Positions 1 to 9,374 of a DNA stretch of 64,000 bases are shown here, in pieces. The stretch comes from Candidatus Berkelbacteria bacterium. GTDB lineage: Bacteria; Patescibacteriota; UBA1384; XYA2-FULL-43-10; 1-14-0-10-43-13. The notes beneath the pieces were generated by a model. The model had not been told where the DNA came from, did no database searches, and saw nothing but the letters and a program-made list of their open reading frames with translations. Where the stretch lies: NCBI GenBank assembly GCA_037143235.1, contig JBAWZC010000003.1, positions 25,192 to 89,191 of the forward strand, read 5' to 3'. The number at the start of each line of letters is the position of its first letter. Positions within the stretch are counted from its first letter, which is position 1. Both the position numbers and the translations under genes were made by a program.

Positions 1-794
1 GATAATTTGTTATTTGGAAATAGTCCTATCAGGGTTACCACTAGCGCCAGCAACACCGCAAATGATATCAGTATCCTGCGAACCTTTTGACCCAATCTTA
101 CATAAAGAAAGATGAACAGGGACAAAAGCAGTCCGAGCAGCGCAGCGCGAGAAAAGGAGAAAAAGATGGCCAGAAAGAATACTACAGAAAACAAAACAGG
201 CAACTTTTTTGACCTATTTTCGATAATATCACTGATACTAAGGAAAAACGTCGGTAAAAGATATGACCCAAGTTGATTCGCACCTAGCAAAAACGAAGCG
301 CTACGCTGGATGTTACTACTCCCGACCAGAAATGTGCCATACGAGTTTTCAATGTTCGGGATGATTAATTGCCAATAATTCAGTGGGAACAATCTCTCAA
401 TCAGCGCCCACAGAGCCACGACAAATGCGACCCAAAGATATATTCTAATCATTTTTTTCAGATCACAAGCTTGTCCAAAGACAGAAGCGGAGAAAAGAAG
501 TGCAATCGACAAAAGAGTAAAACGGAAACCTTCAACTCCCTGGCGCCAGCTCGGAGAAATAAAAAATATCGAAATCAAACCGAGTGCCATCAGACAAATT
601 GAAAAAAAACGCCAGTCCAAAAAAGACTTTCGGTTGAAATTCAGCAAATATTTGATGAAAGCCACCAGAGACAATACAACAATGACAAGATCATAGAAAT
701 GCAAATACGGGAATTCCGGTAAATCAAACCCAGAAACTGACAGGAAATAATACCAAAGCAGGTGACCAAATGGCAGAAAAATAATCAAAAACAT
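1..794 (-). CDS. O-antigen ligase (Wzy_C)-like polytopic membrane protein, partial; it runs off the left edge. Start codon is the complement of 792-794.
   Basis: Manual translation of the minus strand from the ATG at 792-794 gives MFLIIFLPFGHLLWYYFL... with at least 8 hydrophobic helices and an 'FSFSRAALLGL' loop motif like the neighbouring ligase-like gene. No stop occurs before position 1. It is absent from the ORF track only because it is truncated. Confidence 0.5.
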   Translation of the reverse strand, partial: MFLIIFLPFGHLLWYYFLSVSGFDLPEFPYLHFYDLVIVVLSLVAFIKYLLNFNRKSFLDWRFFSICLMALGLISIFFISPSWRQGVEGFRFTLLSIALLFSASVFGQACDLKKMIRIYLWVAFVVALWALIERLFPLNYWQLIIPNIENSYGTFLVGSSNIQRSASFLLGANQLGSYLLPTFFLSISDIIENRSKKLPVLFSVVFFLAIFFSFSRAALLGLLLSLFIFLYVRLGQKVRRILISFAVLLALVVTLIGLFPNNKL

Positions 795-822
795 GAAAAA
801 GATTGAGATTGTTTGAGAAAAA

Positions 823-2058
823 TTAAACTTTGGCAATAATTTCATGTTCTTTCTTCTCGTATATAATTTTAATAGCGATGATCAACCAAAAAATCATCGA
901 CAAATCATTTTTGAAATAAGTTGTATCAAAAAGCCCATGAATCAAGATGGCGGTCATCGCCGACAGGACAAGGCCAGCCTGAAATCTATCCCTGGAATAA
1001 ATCTCATATCGATAAAATCGAATAAGAATGATTAAAAATACAATAAAACCGGCCAAACCAAGATTAAGCCACATTGCCAGAAAAACATTATGAGGATGCA
1101 CGGCATACGGTAATTTATAAAATTGAAAGTCACCATCATCCTTGGTAATAACATCAACTGCTTGGTGATATTCACCCAAACCAACGCCAAGGATAGATCG
1201 CTGTTTGATCAGCTCGACGGAGTAATGATAAATAACCAAACGAGAGCTATTGCTAATCGCCCTAGAAGAATCCTTGGTATTCAGGAAACCATAAAGACCA
1301 TAAACCAAAACTATACCCAGGGCCAGAGCTACGAACAAGGCTTTTTTGTTTTTATGCCAGACAAATTCGTTGATGACATACACCATCGCCCCCGCGATCA
1401 AGGCCAAGAGACCAGCTCTCGAGCCAGAAAAATATATCGCGACAGAGGGAATAATAAAAGTTAGTAACAAAACCACCTTCTTGTATCTCGTTTTGACAAA
1501 CTGAAAAATTGGGATCGAGAGAAAAATCATCGGCGCCAGATACATTGCCAAAAAATTTGGCGAATTGAAAGGACCAAGGGCTCGCAGTGGGTGCTGCATA
1601 TATTGGACAATCTCGATATCCTGGGTCTGGTAAAACAACGCGCCGATAATACGCATCTTTTGCAAAATTGCCCAGACTGAGACGATCATCATCGAGGCAA
1701 AAAAAGATATCGACAATTTCTTTACCTCGTCTGCCTTAAAAAGATTTATCACCAGCAAATACATTATTATTGGTGCAGCAAACCAGCCTTTCAGCACTCC
1801 AAGAGCTTGCAATCGATCGCCCGCGATGAAAGTCGAGATCATCGCGCAAAGTAGAAAGAGATATGGCCAGATCGGTCCGAAAACCAATTTCTGTCGATCT
1901 CTCAGCAAGAAATAAATGGTTGAAATAAACGATACCAGTACTGAAACCTCCAGTATGTTGGTTGGCACGCCGAAAACTTTGAAACGAAAGATGTAAAATG
2001 GAACTAGAAAAACGCTAATGTAGACGCAGTATTTGGAAAAAGTTTTTGGATTTATCAT
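823..2058 (-). CDS. O-antigen ligase / O-antigen polymerase family membrane protein
   Basis: 411 aa with ~10-12 predicted TM helices and an 'FSGSRAGLLALIAGAM' motif typical of the Wzy_C/WaaL family. It sits in tandem with the partial paralog at 1-794. Confidence 0.55.
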   Translation of the reverse strand: MINPKTFSKYCVYISVFLVPFYIFRFKVFGVPTNILEVSVLVSFISTIYFLLRDRQKLVFGPIWPYLFLLCAMISTFIAGDRLQALGVLKGWFAAPIIMYLLVINLFKADEVKKLSISFFASMMIVSVWAILQKMRIIGALFYQTQDIEIVQYMQHPLRALGPFNSPNFLAMYLAPMIFLSIPIFQFVKTRYKKVVLLLTFIIPSVAIYFSGSRAGLLALIAGAMVYVINEFVWHKNKKALFVALALGIVLVYGLYGFLNTKDSSRAISNSSRLVIYHYSVELIKQRSILGVGLGEYHQAVDVITKDDGDFQFYKLPYAVHPHNVFLAMWLNLGLAGFIVFLIILIRFYRYEIYSRDRFQAGLVLSAMTAILIHGLFDTTYFKNDLSMIFWLIIAIKIIYEKKEHEIIAKV

Positions 2059-2186
2059 AGAGTGATTATAACAAAGAATATCAGAGGTTTCTAGTTTGCC
2101 TAGGACGACTTAAACTGAAATAGATATTTTATTTATCAACAGACCAAGGACTATTTTTTTGCTATAATAGGAAAGAAGGAATATTT

Positions 2187-3182
2187 ATGCCTAAAATTTT
2201 TAAGTTCTTTGCGGGGATGATGGCGATTGCCTCGCTCATTTCTTTCCCGATGAACGCGGTGGCGGCAGACGGACAGGTCAGCCTCGTTACTGTTTCATCG
2301 AGGCAGGTTAGCGGCAATGGCACTGTTTTCTATGGCAAAACTGTTGCTCAGCTCATCGCCGACGAAAGCAACGAGCACAACATCAACCCTCGGATGATTT
2401 TGGCGATACTACAGAGAGAAAGCTCGTCAATCACTCAAACCTCACCAAGCAGCGAAACAGTACGAACTTGGCCAATGTTCTATATGTATGACGAGAGAAT
2501 GGCGACTTGCCTGAATCAAAAAGATCCTAACTACTGCTCCGATGCACTTTATGGCAATGCGACTTATCTAGAGAGAGCCAATGTCTTTGGCGGTCTTGGT
2601 CACCAGATAGCCTACTCGGTTTACAATTTTGACACGATGTACAACAAATACGCCTCGAGCGGCAACTACAGTAACGACACAACAGTAGACGGGACGATCA
2701 TCAACCCAGCCAACATTGCCACCAAAGTACTATACGCCTACACACCTCACATATCTGCTTACAATACTAACTCGAACTTCTGGACATATTACACCAAGTG
2801 GTGGGGAGCCCCAAACGGCGGTGTCAATAATATTAACAACATCTTCTCCAATGATGACTTCCGCAATTCAAGTCCGATGACCGGCACTCAGATAAATGAT
2901 TGGCTGAAAAGCGTGCCTGGCGCTGGACGCAGTTGGCTGGCAGATTATGTAATATCAGAATACATTGCGGTTCCATATCCCTCTGTCGCCGGCGGCGCCG
3001 TCAATACCCCACCACCAGTTCCTGGTGATTTCAATGGCGATCGTACGGTAGAAATTCTTGATTTATCGATGTTTGCAAGTTATTGGGGCCAAACTGATCC
3101 AGGCAATCCCCTTGTCGATATGAACAGAGACGGAGTCGTCGATATTGTCGACCTGTCGATGTTAGCAAGTTATTGGAAATAA
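2187..3182 (+). CDS. Secreted protein with a C-terminal type-I dockerin-like module; the N-terminal domain is possibly lysozyme/transglycosylase-like
   Basis: N-terminal signal peptide (MPKIFKFFAGMMAIASLISFPMNAVAADG). The C-terminus carries two 22-residue Ca-binding repeats, DFNGDRTVEILDLSMFASYW and DMNRDGVVDIVDLSMLASYW, matching the D-x-N-x-D-G...D dockerin pattern. An 'ILAILQRESSS' E-S motif in the N-terminal half gives only weak catalytic-domain evidence. Confidence 0.6.
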   Translation: MPKIFKFFAGMMAIASLISFPMNAVAADGQVSLVTVSSRQVSGNGTVFYGKTVAQLIADESNEHNINPRMILAILQRESSSITQTSPSSETVRTWPMFYMYDERMATCLNQKDPNYCSDALYGNATYLERANVFGGLGHQIAYSVYNFDTMYNKYASSGNYSNDTTVDGTIINPANIATKVLYAYTPHISAYNTNSNFWTYYTKWWGAPNGGVNNINNIFSNDDFRNSSPMTGTQINDWLKSVPGAGRSWLADYVISEYIAVPYPSVAGGAVNTPPPVPGDFNGDRTVEILDLSMFASYWGQTDPGNPLVDMNRDGVVDIVDLSMLASYWK

Positions 3183-3189
3183 ATAGGAT

Positions 3190-3386
3190 AAATTAACCTA
3201 AGGGTTCTTCTCCTTTTCAAGGAGAAGTTAGATGAGGTTTCTTCTTAAACATTAAACCTCACCCCTGCCTCTCCTTGAAAAGGAGAGGGGTAAACCAATA
3301 ACTAAATAATCAAATATTCAATAAATGAATAAATGTCTAATTGATTAAATGAATAAATTAATAATTATATAAATCGAAGGAAAATT
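3190..3386. repeat. Intergenic cassette of three stem-loops plus an AT-rich 'aaatgaataaat' tract. An inverted copy lies at 38395-38590.
   Basis: Hairpins ttctcctttt-caa-ggagaag, gaggtttc...gaaacctc and cctctccttgaaaaggagagg are seen directly. The reverse complement recurs at 38455-38590 with a ~24 bp insertion. The AT-rich tail recurs at 30880-30960 and 38395-38460. Confidence 0.5.
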
Positions 3387-4682
3387 ATGAATAAAATTAG
3401 ATCAATCGCAGCCGGGCTGCTGCTCTCTGCTATCACCATTTTCAGCCTGCCGACTTCGGCTTGGGCCGATGGAAGCATCAGTGCTTCTGGGGGCGGGACG
3501 AAAACTGTTGGTGACACCTTCAATATCACTGTAGCAGCCAAAGGTGCCGAATTTGATACCCTACAAGGCACAATTTCAGTCTCCGGACCAGTCGATATTG
3601 TTTCGTTTTCGGCTGGAAATGCGACCTGGATGCCTGGGTACTCACCCTCAAATGGCAAACAGTTTGTCGGCATGGTTAGCGCCACCTCCTCTTTCACTGT
3701 TGCGACGATCAGACTTCGCGCCAAAAGTATTGGCAGCGGCTCAGTCTCTGTTTCTGGCGCCAAGATGGTTAGAACGACTGGCGGGGTAGCCTCAGTCGTC
3801 GGCACTGGTACTGACGGAACGACTTTTACGATTCAACGAGCTCTTGTCACCCCGGGACAAATCACTGTCACTTCCTCCTCTCACCCAGATCAAAGCACCG
3901 CCTATGAAGCGACAACCATCGCCCTTGCGTGGGATAAGGGTAGTGGCGTGACTGATTTTTCCTATTTGCTGGACCAAGCCGCCGACACGACCCCTCCAAC
4001 AACCGCAACTTCCGCCGACACTTCGATCTCCTACCCAGACAAAGCCATCGGTGAATATTATTTCCATATCCGAGCAAAAAATGGCGACGGTTGGGGACCA
4101 ACAACAACTTTCAAAATTACGATCAAAGAGCCAGATGCCAAAATTGACGAAACACTTACCAAACCAACCATTTCTTCCATTGAAAAAACGGCTGATTTTT
4201 CGAACAATATTGCCGAGGGTAATATCAGCGGTATCAAGATCAAGGGCAAAACAATTGCCGGCTACACCGCTAATATTATTCTTGCTCCGTCGGTCTCGGT
4301 GCCCGAAGGAAAAAGTTTGTCTGCGATGGCTGATGCCAATGGCGATTTCGAACTTTTGATCGACTATCCAATCAATTCTGGTTTCTACAAATTGACTGTA
4401 CAAGGCCAGCTGAACAAGGTTTTGACACCGGTAAGTGATCCTACCATCTTCGAAATCTCCCAAGCTAAAGGCGGGAAAATCACACTTTTAACCTCAGCTG
4501 ACGAAAAAGAACCAATAATCCCAGTCAAAAAATGGTGGGAAAAAATCAACTATATGAACCTGTCGATCGGCTTGGCAGCGCTTTTCTTTATCGCTCTTGG
4601 TTTCAGCCTATACCTGCTGGTCAAGAATAGATCCATGAGTAAAGTCTGGAAAGGTGTGGCTGAGAAGATGAACCTCAAATAA
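3387..4682 (+). CDS. Cell-surface protein with beta-sandwich (cohesin/Ig-like) and FN3-like domains and a C-terminal TM anchor
   Basis: Signal peptide (MNKIRSIAAGLLLSAITIFSLPTSAWA). An N-terminal Gly/Ser/Thr-rich beta-strand region resembles cohesin or Ig folds. The segment 'YYFHIRAKNGDGWGPTTTFKITI' is FN3-like. The C-terminus has a hydrophobic anchor followed by KNR. It lies immediately downstream of the dockerin-bearing gene. Confidence 0.45.
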   Translation: MNKIRSIAAGLLLSAITIFSLPTSAWADGSISASGGGTKTVGDTFNITVAAKGAEFDTLQGTISVSGPVDIVSFSAGNATWMPGYSPSNGKQFVGMVSATSSFTVATIRLRAKSIGSGSVSVSGAKMVRTTGGVASVVGTGTDGTTFTIQRALVTPGQITVTSSSHPDQSTAYEATTIALAWDKGSGVTDFSYLLDQAADTTPPTTATSADTSISYPDKAIGEYYFHIRAKNGDGWGPTTTFKITIKEPDAKIDETLTKPTISSIEKTADFSNNIAEGNISGIKIKGKTIAGYTANIILAPSVSVPEGKSLSAMADANGDFELLIDYPINSGFYKLTVQGQLNKVLTPVSDPTIFEISQAKGGKITLLTSADEKEPIIPVKKWWEKINYMNLSIGLAALFFIALGFSLYLLVKNRSMSKVWKGVAEKMNLK

Positions 4683-4710
4683 GTGAATTACGAATCAGGA
4701 ATCATGAATT

Positions 4711-5091
4711 ATGGATGAAAACAAAACAATAAAATCTTTCGCAGACTTAAATTCATGGAAAGAATCTCGCAAATTGGCAGTAAAAGTATATGAAGTTACC
4801 AAGAAATACCCAAAAGAAGAGATGTTTGGACTGACAAACCAATCTAGGAGATGCGCCGTTTCGATTTCATCAAATATAGCAGAGGGATTTAGCAGACAAT
4901 CATACAAAGAAAAAGTACAATTTTACTCAATATCTCTTGGGTCAACAACAGAGTTACAAAGCCAACTTTTGATCGCTAAGGATGTCGGATTTCTTGATAC
5001 TATTGACTACAATAGCTTGATTAATCAGTCAATAATTGTACATAAATTACTTAACGGGTTAGTAAAAAGCTCCAAAAACCATGATTCATAA
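4711..5091 (+). CDS. Four-helix-bundle protein (23S rRNA intervening-sequence protein family, TIGR02436-like)
   Basis: 126 aa carrying the family signature '...QSRRCAVSISSNIAEGFSRQS...'. A paralog lies at 30475-30852. Confidence 0.7.
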   Translation: MDENKTIKSFADLNSWKESRKLAVKVYEVTKKYPKEEMFGLTNQSRRCAVSISSNIAEGFSRQSYKEKVQFYSISLGSTTELQSQLLIAKDVGFLDTIDYNSLINQSIIVHKLLNGLVKSSKNHDS

Positions 5092-5126
5092 TTCATTATT
5101 CAAAATTCTAAAATCCAAAGGATTTT

Positions 5127-6386
5127 ATGTTTAATCGCAAAGCGATTCTCTGGAACACCTTTTCTCAAGTCCTCGTCCGACTGGTCACTTTGGTGTTGAC
5201 ACTGATTTCGATCAAAATACTCGCTCGCTACATCGGCGTCGAAGGTGTCGGTAATTACAACGCGATCACGACCTATGTAAACTTTTTCATCGTCATCGCC
5301 GATCTCGGTCTATTTGCTGTGACTGTTCGAGAAATTGCCAAAAATCCAAATCTGGAGAAAAAGATTATTTCCAATGTCTTCACGATCAGAGCCGTAACTG
5401 CAGCTCTAGCCTGTCTGGTGGTAGTCGGAATTTTATTTTTTACCCCGTATCGCCACAATCCTGATATTTTCTACGGTTCTATCATCGCCTGTGGTTTCCT
5501 TTTTTTCAATCTACTCGGTAGCGTCTACGATATGGTCCTCCAATACCGCCTACAGATGCCCTATTCGGCTCTAGCAGAGTTTCTGAGCAAGTTTCTCTCC
5601 ATAGTGGCAATAGCGACCGTCGTCACACTCAGAGGCAATTTTCTCTGGGTCGCTGCCACGATCGCGATCTACGGCTTGTTTATCTTTGTTTTCAAGTGGC
5701 TTTTCTCTCGTCAATTCATCAAGTTTGGCTTTGAACACGATCGCAAATTTACCAAATGGATACTAGAAATGGCTTGGCCGATGGGCATCGTCTTCATCTT
5801 GAATAATCTTTACTTCAAACTCGACACACTCATGCTCTATGTTCTAAAAGGTGCAGCAGCTGTCGGTATCTACTCAGTCTCCTACAAAGTCCTCGAGGTT
5901 ACAGCTTTTATTGGCTCTTATTTCTCGAGTGCCCTAAAGCCCGCCCTGGCTCAAAACCTAAATACAGCCGAGCAAAGAAAAAATGTCGCCAGAATATTGA
6001 AAAAATCAGCCCTATTACTCTCTGGTCTCGGGCTACTAATTGCACTGATTTGTACAGCCTTTTCTGAGCCAATTCTCCGCTTGATTAGCTCGGACGAATT
6101 TGTCGCCGGCAAAGACGCTTTGATCGTCCTCTCTTTCACCCTGCCGCTGATCTTCCTGAACTATCTGATGGCCGAAGTGATGATTGCGGCTGACAAACGC
6201 AAAACTATGTTGAAGGTGACTGGCTTCATCCTGCTTTTCAACTTAATCTTGAACCTGATCTTCATCCCCCGTTACTCATACATCGCTGCAGCTTGGACCA
6301 CACTCGCTTCAGAGCTTGTCTTGGTGGTGGTCAATTACATAATTTCGAAAAATATACTCAGAGGAAAAGTCGAAAAAAGCCAATAA
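5127..6386 (+). CDS. wzx: Oligosaccharide/polysaccharide flippase (Wzx / MOP superfamily)
   Basis: 419 aa with ~12 TM helices. N-terminal 'polysaccharide biosynthesis protein' architecture. Sits in a glycan-locus context. Confidence 0.65.
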   Translation: MFNRKAILWNTFSQVLVRLVTLVLTLISIKILARYIGVEGVGNYNAITTYVNFFIVIADLGLFAVTVREIAKNPNLEKKIISNVFTIRAVTAALACLVVVGILFFTPYRHNPDIFYGSIIACGFLFFNLLGSVYDMVLQYRLQMPYSALAEFLSKFLSIVAIATVVTLRGNFLWVAATIAIYGLFIFVFKWLFSRQFIKFGFEHDRKFTKWILEMAWPMGIVFILNNLYFKLDTLMLYVLKGAAAVGIYSVSYKVLEVTAFIGSYFSSALKPALAQNLNTAEQRKNVARILKKSALLLSGLGLLIALICTAFSEPILRLISSDEFVAGKDALIVLSFTLPLIFLNYLMAEVMIAADKRKTMLKVTGFILLFNLILNLIFIPRYSYIAAAWTTLASELVLVVVNYIISKNILRGKVEKSQ

Positions 6387-6475
6387 GCCAGGCAGCTGGT
6401 AAGTGTTTAAGATTGTTAGCTTTCTTTTTGTCGTTGCGGACTGGTCCGCCACACTTGTAACCAAAATCGCTTGTT

Positions 6476-6832
6476 TCATTTGTGCTCTGATATTTTGAAC
6501 AATATTAATAAATATCTGACGAGAAAAAATACTGCCACTGTAGAGCCGAAGATTGAGATTATTGACAAAATAATGCCATAACTCATCGGTAAGTGCCTTG
6601 AGACAAGATGCTGATATGGAGTTGGAATAATTTTGAGAAAAAATAAACCCGCTGTTCCCAAAGCCGCCACGAAATAAAATCTGGTTTTAATGTCCAGCTC
6701 GATCAATAGTCCGCACGCAACGATAACAGCCAAAAATAAAAAAACACGAAGTCGACCAAAAGCAGGCATGGCTGCAACTGTGACTATATATATTGCAATT
6801 ACCGAGTAAATTATTTTTTGAATCTTTGTCAT
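6476..6832 (-). CDS. Small integral membrane protein (4 TM), function unknown
   Basis: 118 aa, very hydrophobic. Its start overlaps the stop of the upstream 464-aa membrane protein (ATGA), so the two are probably co-transcribed. Confidence 0.4.
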   Translation of the reverse strand: MTKIQKIIYSVIAIYIVTVAAMPAFGRLRVFLFLAVIVACGLLIELDIKTRFYFVAALGTAGLFFLKIIPTPYQHLVSRHLPMSYGIILSIISIFGSTVAVFFLVRYLLILFKISEHK

Positions 6833-8223
6833 TTTACCTTAAATATTTTAACACCATCGTGATCATAAATGAGAGAGTAATTGTCACTCACAATCGCTGG
6901 AATTTGGTCAACTTCTGCGTAGTATATTTCGTTGAAGTTTAATCCCGTTGGCAACACATCTGTCTTTTGGAAAACCGACAAATTTTCTATAGAGCCAACA
7001 TCAGTCAATGCCTTGATCCAAATCTGGCGTTTGTGTGTTGCAGTTACAACAACACTACTGTCTGAATTTCGTTGCAACCAGTCGATTGCTTCCCTGTCTC
7101 CTATAGTCATACTGTCATTGGCCGCAACATTATTCACTTGATATGAGGTAATAATATTGTTACCACGAAAATGTGGCCACAATGCCACAATACCAATTAA
7201 TATTGTCAGTCCGATCGAGTAAAATCTACCGAGTTTCATTGTCTCGACAAAATGCTTCACCCCAAGGGAGATAAATATGGCTAGGGCTATATCAAGATAC
7301 GGGAAAAATCGAAATACAAGGAAGCGAACCCCGAATATCTGGTTCATTGACATAAACAGCGCGACAAATAACAGCAAATACAATACTTTGATGTAACGAC
7401 TTGACCAATTTTTGGTCGAGATCACGACTCCGATCAAGGCAAAAACAAGAGAGAAGGTTCGCAATGGATCGTTGTTGATGAGTACTTCCCAGAGTGGCCG
7501 TTCGCCCCAACCGATTCTCTCAGGATTTATGAAATCACGAAATTTGACCAAAATTGCTGGATCGACCAGATAACACACTACAATCGCACCAATATAAATT
7601 CCGCCAATAATAAGAATATACTTGCGACCTTGCTTTTCAAATATCATAAGGACGAAATACAACATAAAAATCAGGGCAAAAATCGTAAAAGAAAAAGGAT
7701 GGCTAAAAGCTAAAAATGCGCTCGAAAGAACTGTAAGTAAAATATTACCGGAAGCGAGAAAATATAGCGTCCAAATCAAAACTATCCAACCGAAAGATTC
7801 AGCAAAAAGCCCCATCCGCAGACTATCGACGGACCAACAACCCAAAGCAAAAGCGGCCGCGCCGACAAAAGAATAAAGATTGCTCTTCGTCATCTTTTTG
7901 ATAAAGAAAAAAAGACTCACGGAGGCCAAAAACAGTTGAGTCGAAATCTGTAAAACAAAAAGAGTTGGTGCCGAAAGATGACTAATGCTATGGAAGAATT
8001 TAAAGATAGAAAGCGGCATTGGATACGAAAGTATCTTAAACATCTCTCTGTAGCTGTATATGTGAATATACTGGATATGAATCGCGGGGTCATCACCAGT
8101 TGGAAAACCATTGGTGATCAAAGCGTACTGAGAAGATAGAAATGCCAATGTCAAAAAGGCAATCACATAAAAAAGCCAACGCCAATGAATAATAAATTTA
8201 AGAACTTTCTCTGTATTCTTCAC
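6829..8223 (-). CDS. Polytopic membrane protein, candidate GT-C-fold glycosyltransferase (a partner for the adjacent GtrB-like GT2)
   Basis: 464 aa. The first extracytoplasmic loop after TM1 carries an acidic 'GDDP' motif. There are ~11 TM helices and a C-terminal soluble domain. It is divergently arranged with a GtrB-like GT2 + DUF2304 pair. The function is inferred from context only. Confidence 0.35.
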   Translation of the reverse strand: MKNTEKVLKFIIHWRWLFYVIAFLTLAFLSSQYALITNGFPTGDDPAIHIQYIHIYSYREMFKILSYPMPLSIFKFFHSISHLSAPTLFVLQISTQLFLASVSLFFFIKKMTKSNLYSFVGAAAFALGCWSVDSLRMGLFAESFGWIVLIWTLYFLASGNILLTVLSSAFLAFSHPFSFTIFALIFMLYFVLMIFEKQGRKYILIIGGIYIGAIVVCYLVDPAILVKFRDFINPERIGWGERPLWEVLINNDPLRTFSLVFALIGVVISTKNWSSRYIKVLYLLLFVALFMSMNQIFGVRFLVFRFFPYLDIALAIFISLGVKHFVETMKLGRFYSIGLTILIGIVALWPHFRGNNIITSYQVNNVAANDSMTIGDREAIDWLQRNSDSSVVVTATHKRQIWIKALTDVGSIENLSVFQKTDVLPTGLNFNEIYYAEVDQIPAIVSDNYSLIYDHDGVKIFKVK

Positions 8224-8352
8224 ACATCAATGATATCAGTTATTGCATTTTTTGTGTACCACTATAAATCGCAACCGGCAAGTCGTCTCCAAGAGTTTGC
8301 TCACATAATGCAAATGTGATACTTTATTGTTAGTAAAATAATTGCTAAATAT

Positions 8353-9042
8353 ATGAAGTTAGCCATCGTCATACCGGCGCACAACGAAGCCACCGTGATT
8401 GCGGAAGTGATCAAGAAACTTCCCAAAAATATCAAAGGTGTCGACGAGATAATCTCTATCGTGATCGATGATGGATCTTCCGATGGGACTTTTCTTATTG
8501 CCGACAAATGCGCTAACTATGCCGTCAAGCACGTCATCAATATGGGGGTTGGGGCTGCAACGACGACAGGGTTTGAGGCTGCGAAAAAGCTGGAGGCCGA
8601 CATTATCGTCACCTTGGACGCCGACGGCCAACACAATCCTGACGATGTCGAAAAATTGATACGACCAATATTGGAAAATAGGGCCGATGTTGTCACTGGC
8701 ACACGAATGCTGAATACCGCAGGCATGCCATTTTTCAAAATATTTGGCAACTGGCTAATGAACTTCCTGACATTTATGGTTTTTCACAAATGGTCATCTG
8801 ACAGTCAATCGGGCATGAGAACTTTCAACAAAAAAGCAATCAGCAAGATGTGTTTCCACGCAATTGGCTATGAGATTTGCTCAGAAATCATGGGGGAGGT
8901 CAAGAGAAATAAATTGAGATTTACCGAAGTGCCGATCGAAGTGATCTACACCAAATATTCAAATACCACCGGCCAAAGCTGGCTCAATGCCGTCAATATC
9001 CTGACGAAAATAATTAATATTAAATTCACGGGCAAAAAATGA
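8353..9042 (+). CDS. GT2 polyprenyl-phosphate sugar synthase (GtrB/DPM1/ArnC-like glycosyltransferase)
   Basis: The N-terminal motif 'LAIVIPAHNEATVIAEVIKKL', the segment '...IVIDDGSSDGT...' and the 'TLDADGQHNPDD' DXD region are classic for the dolichyl/undecaprenyl-phosphate glycosyltransferase family. Confidence 0.85.
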   Translation: MKLAIVIPAHNEATVIAEVIKKLPKNIKGVDEIISIVIDDGSSDGTFLIADKCANYAVKHVINMGVGAATTTGFEAAKKLEADIIVTLDADGQHNPDDVEKLIRPILENRADVVTGTRMLNTAGMPFFKIFGNWLMNFLTFMVFHKWSSDSQSGMRTFNKKAISKMCFHAIGYEICSEIMGEVKRNKLRFTEVPIEVIYTKYSNTTGQSWLNAVNILTKIINIKFTGKK

Positions 9043-9374
9043 TTTTAACCATAGTTCGCATCATCGCAATTATCCTAAGTTTGGTCTCGATAACCAAGAC
9101 TTATTATGATCTTAAAAAACATACGGAATCGATAACGATGTTCATATTTTGGCTCTTGGTTTGGGGCGCAGTCATCGTTGCCGCCCTCTTCCCGATTAAT
9201 ATCATGCAAATCGCGGCGAATATTGGCCAAAAAGGTATCGGCATAGGTACATTTCTTGGGCTTGTACTTGTCTTTCTCCTCTTTGTCATCTACCGAGTCT
9301 ACGTAAAAGCCAACAGAATAGAAAAGCAAGTTCGCGATATGGTTATGAAGCTTGGACTCAAAGATGTTGAGTAA
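9039..9374 (+). CDS. DUF2304-like small membrane protein (GtrB-associated)
   Basis: 111 aa with 3 TM helices. Start overlaps the GT2 stop. This architecture is the one usually found downstream of GtrB-like GT2 enzymes. Confidence 0.55.
   Translation: MILTIVRIIAIILSLVSITKTYYDLKKHTESITMFIFWLLVWGAVIVAALFPINIMQIAANIGQKGIGIGTFLGLVLVFLLFVIYRVYVKANRIEKQVRDMVMKLGLKDVE

Noticed and set aside
3365-4463. Minus-strand ORFs (146 aa, 223 aa, 79 aa) antisense to the cohesin-like gene
   Set aside because: They lie entirely inside the 3387-4682 CDS on the other strand, have Gly/Arg-rich shadow composition, and have no start context.
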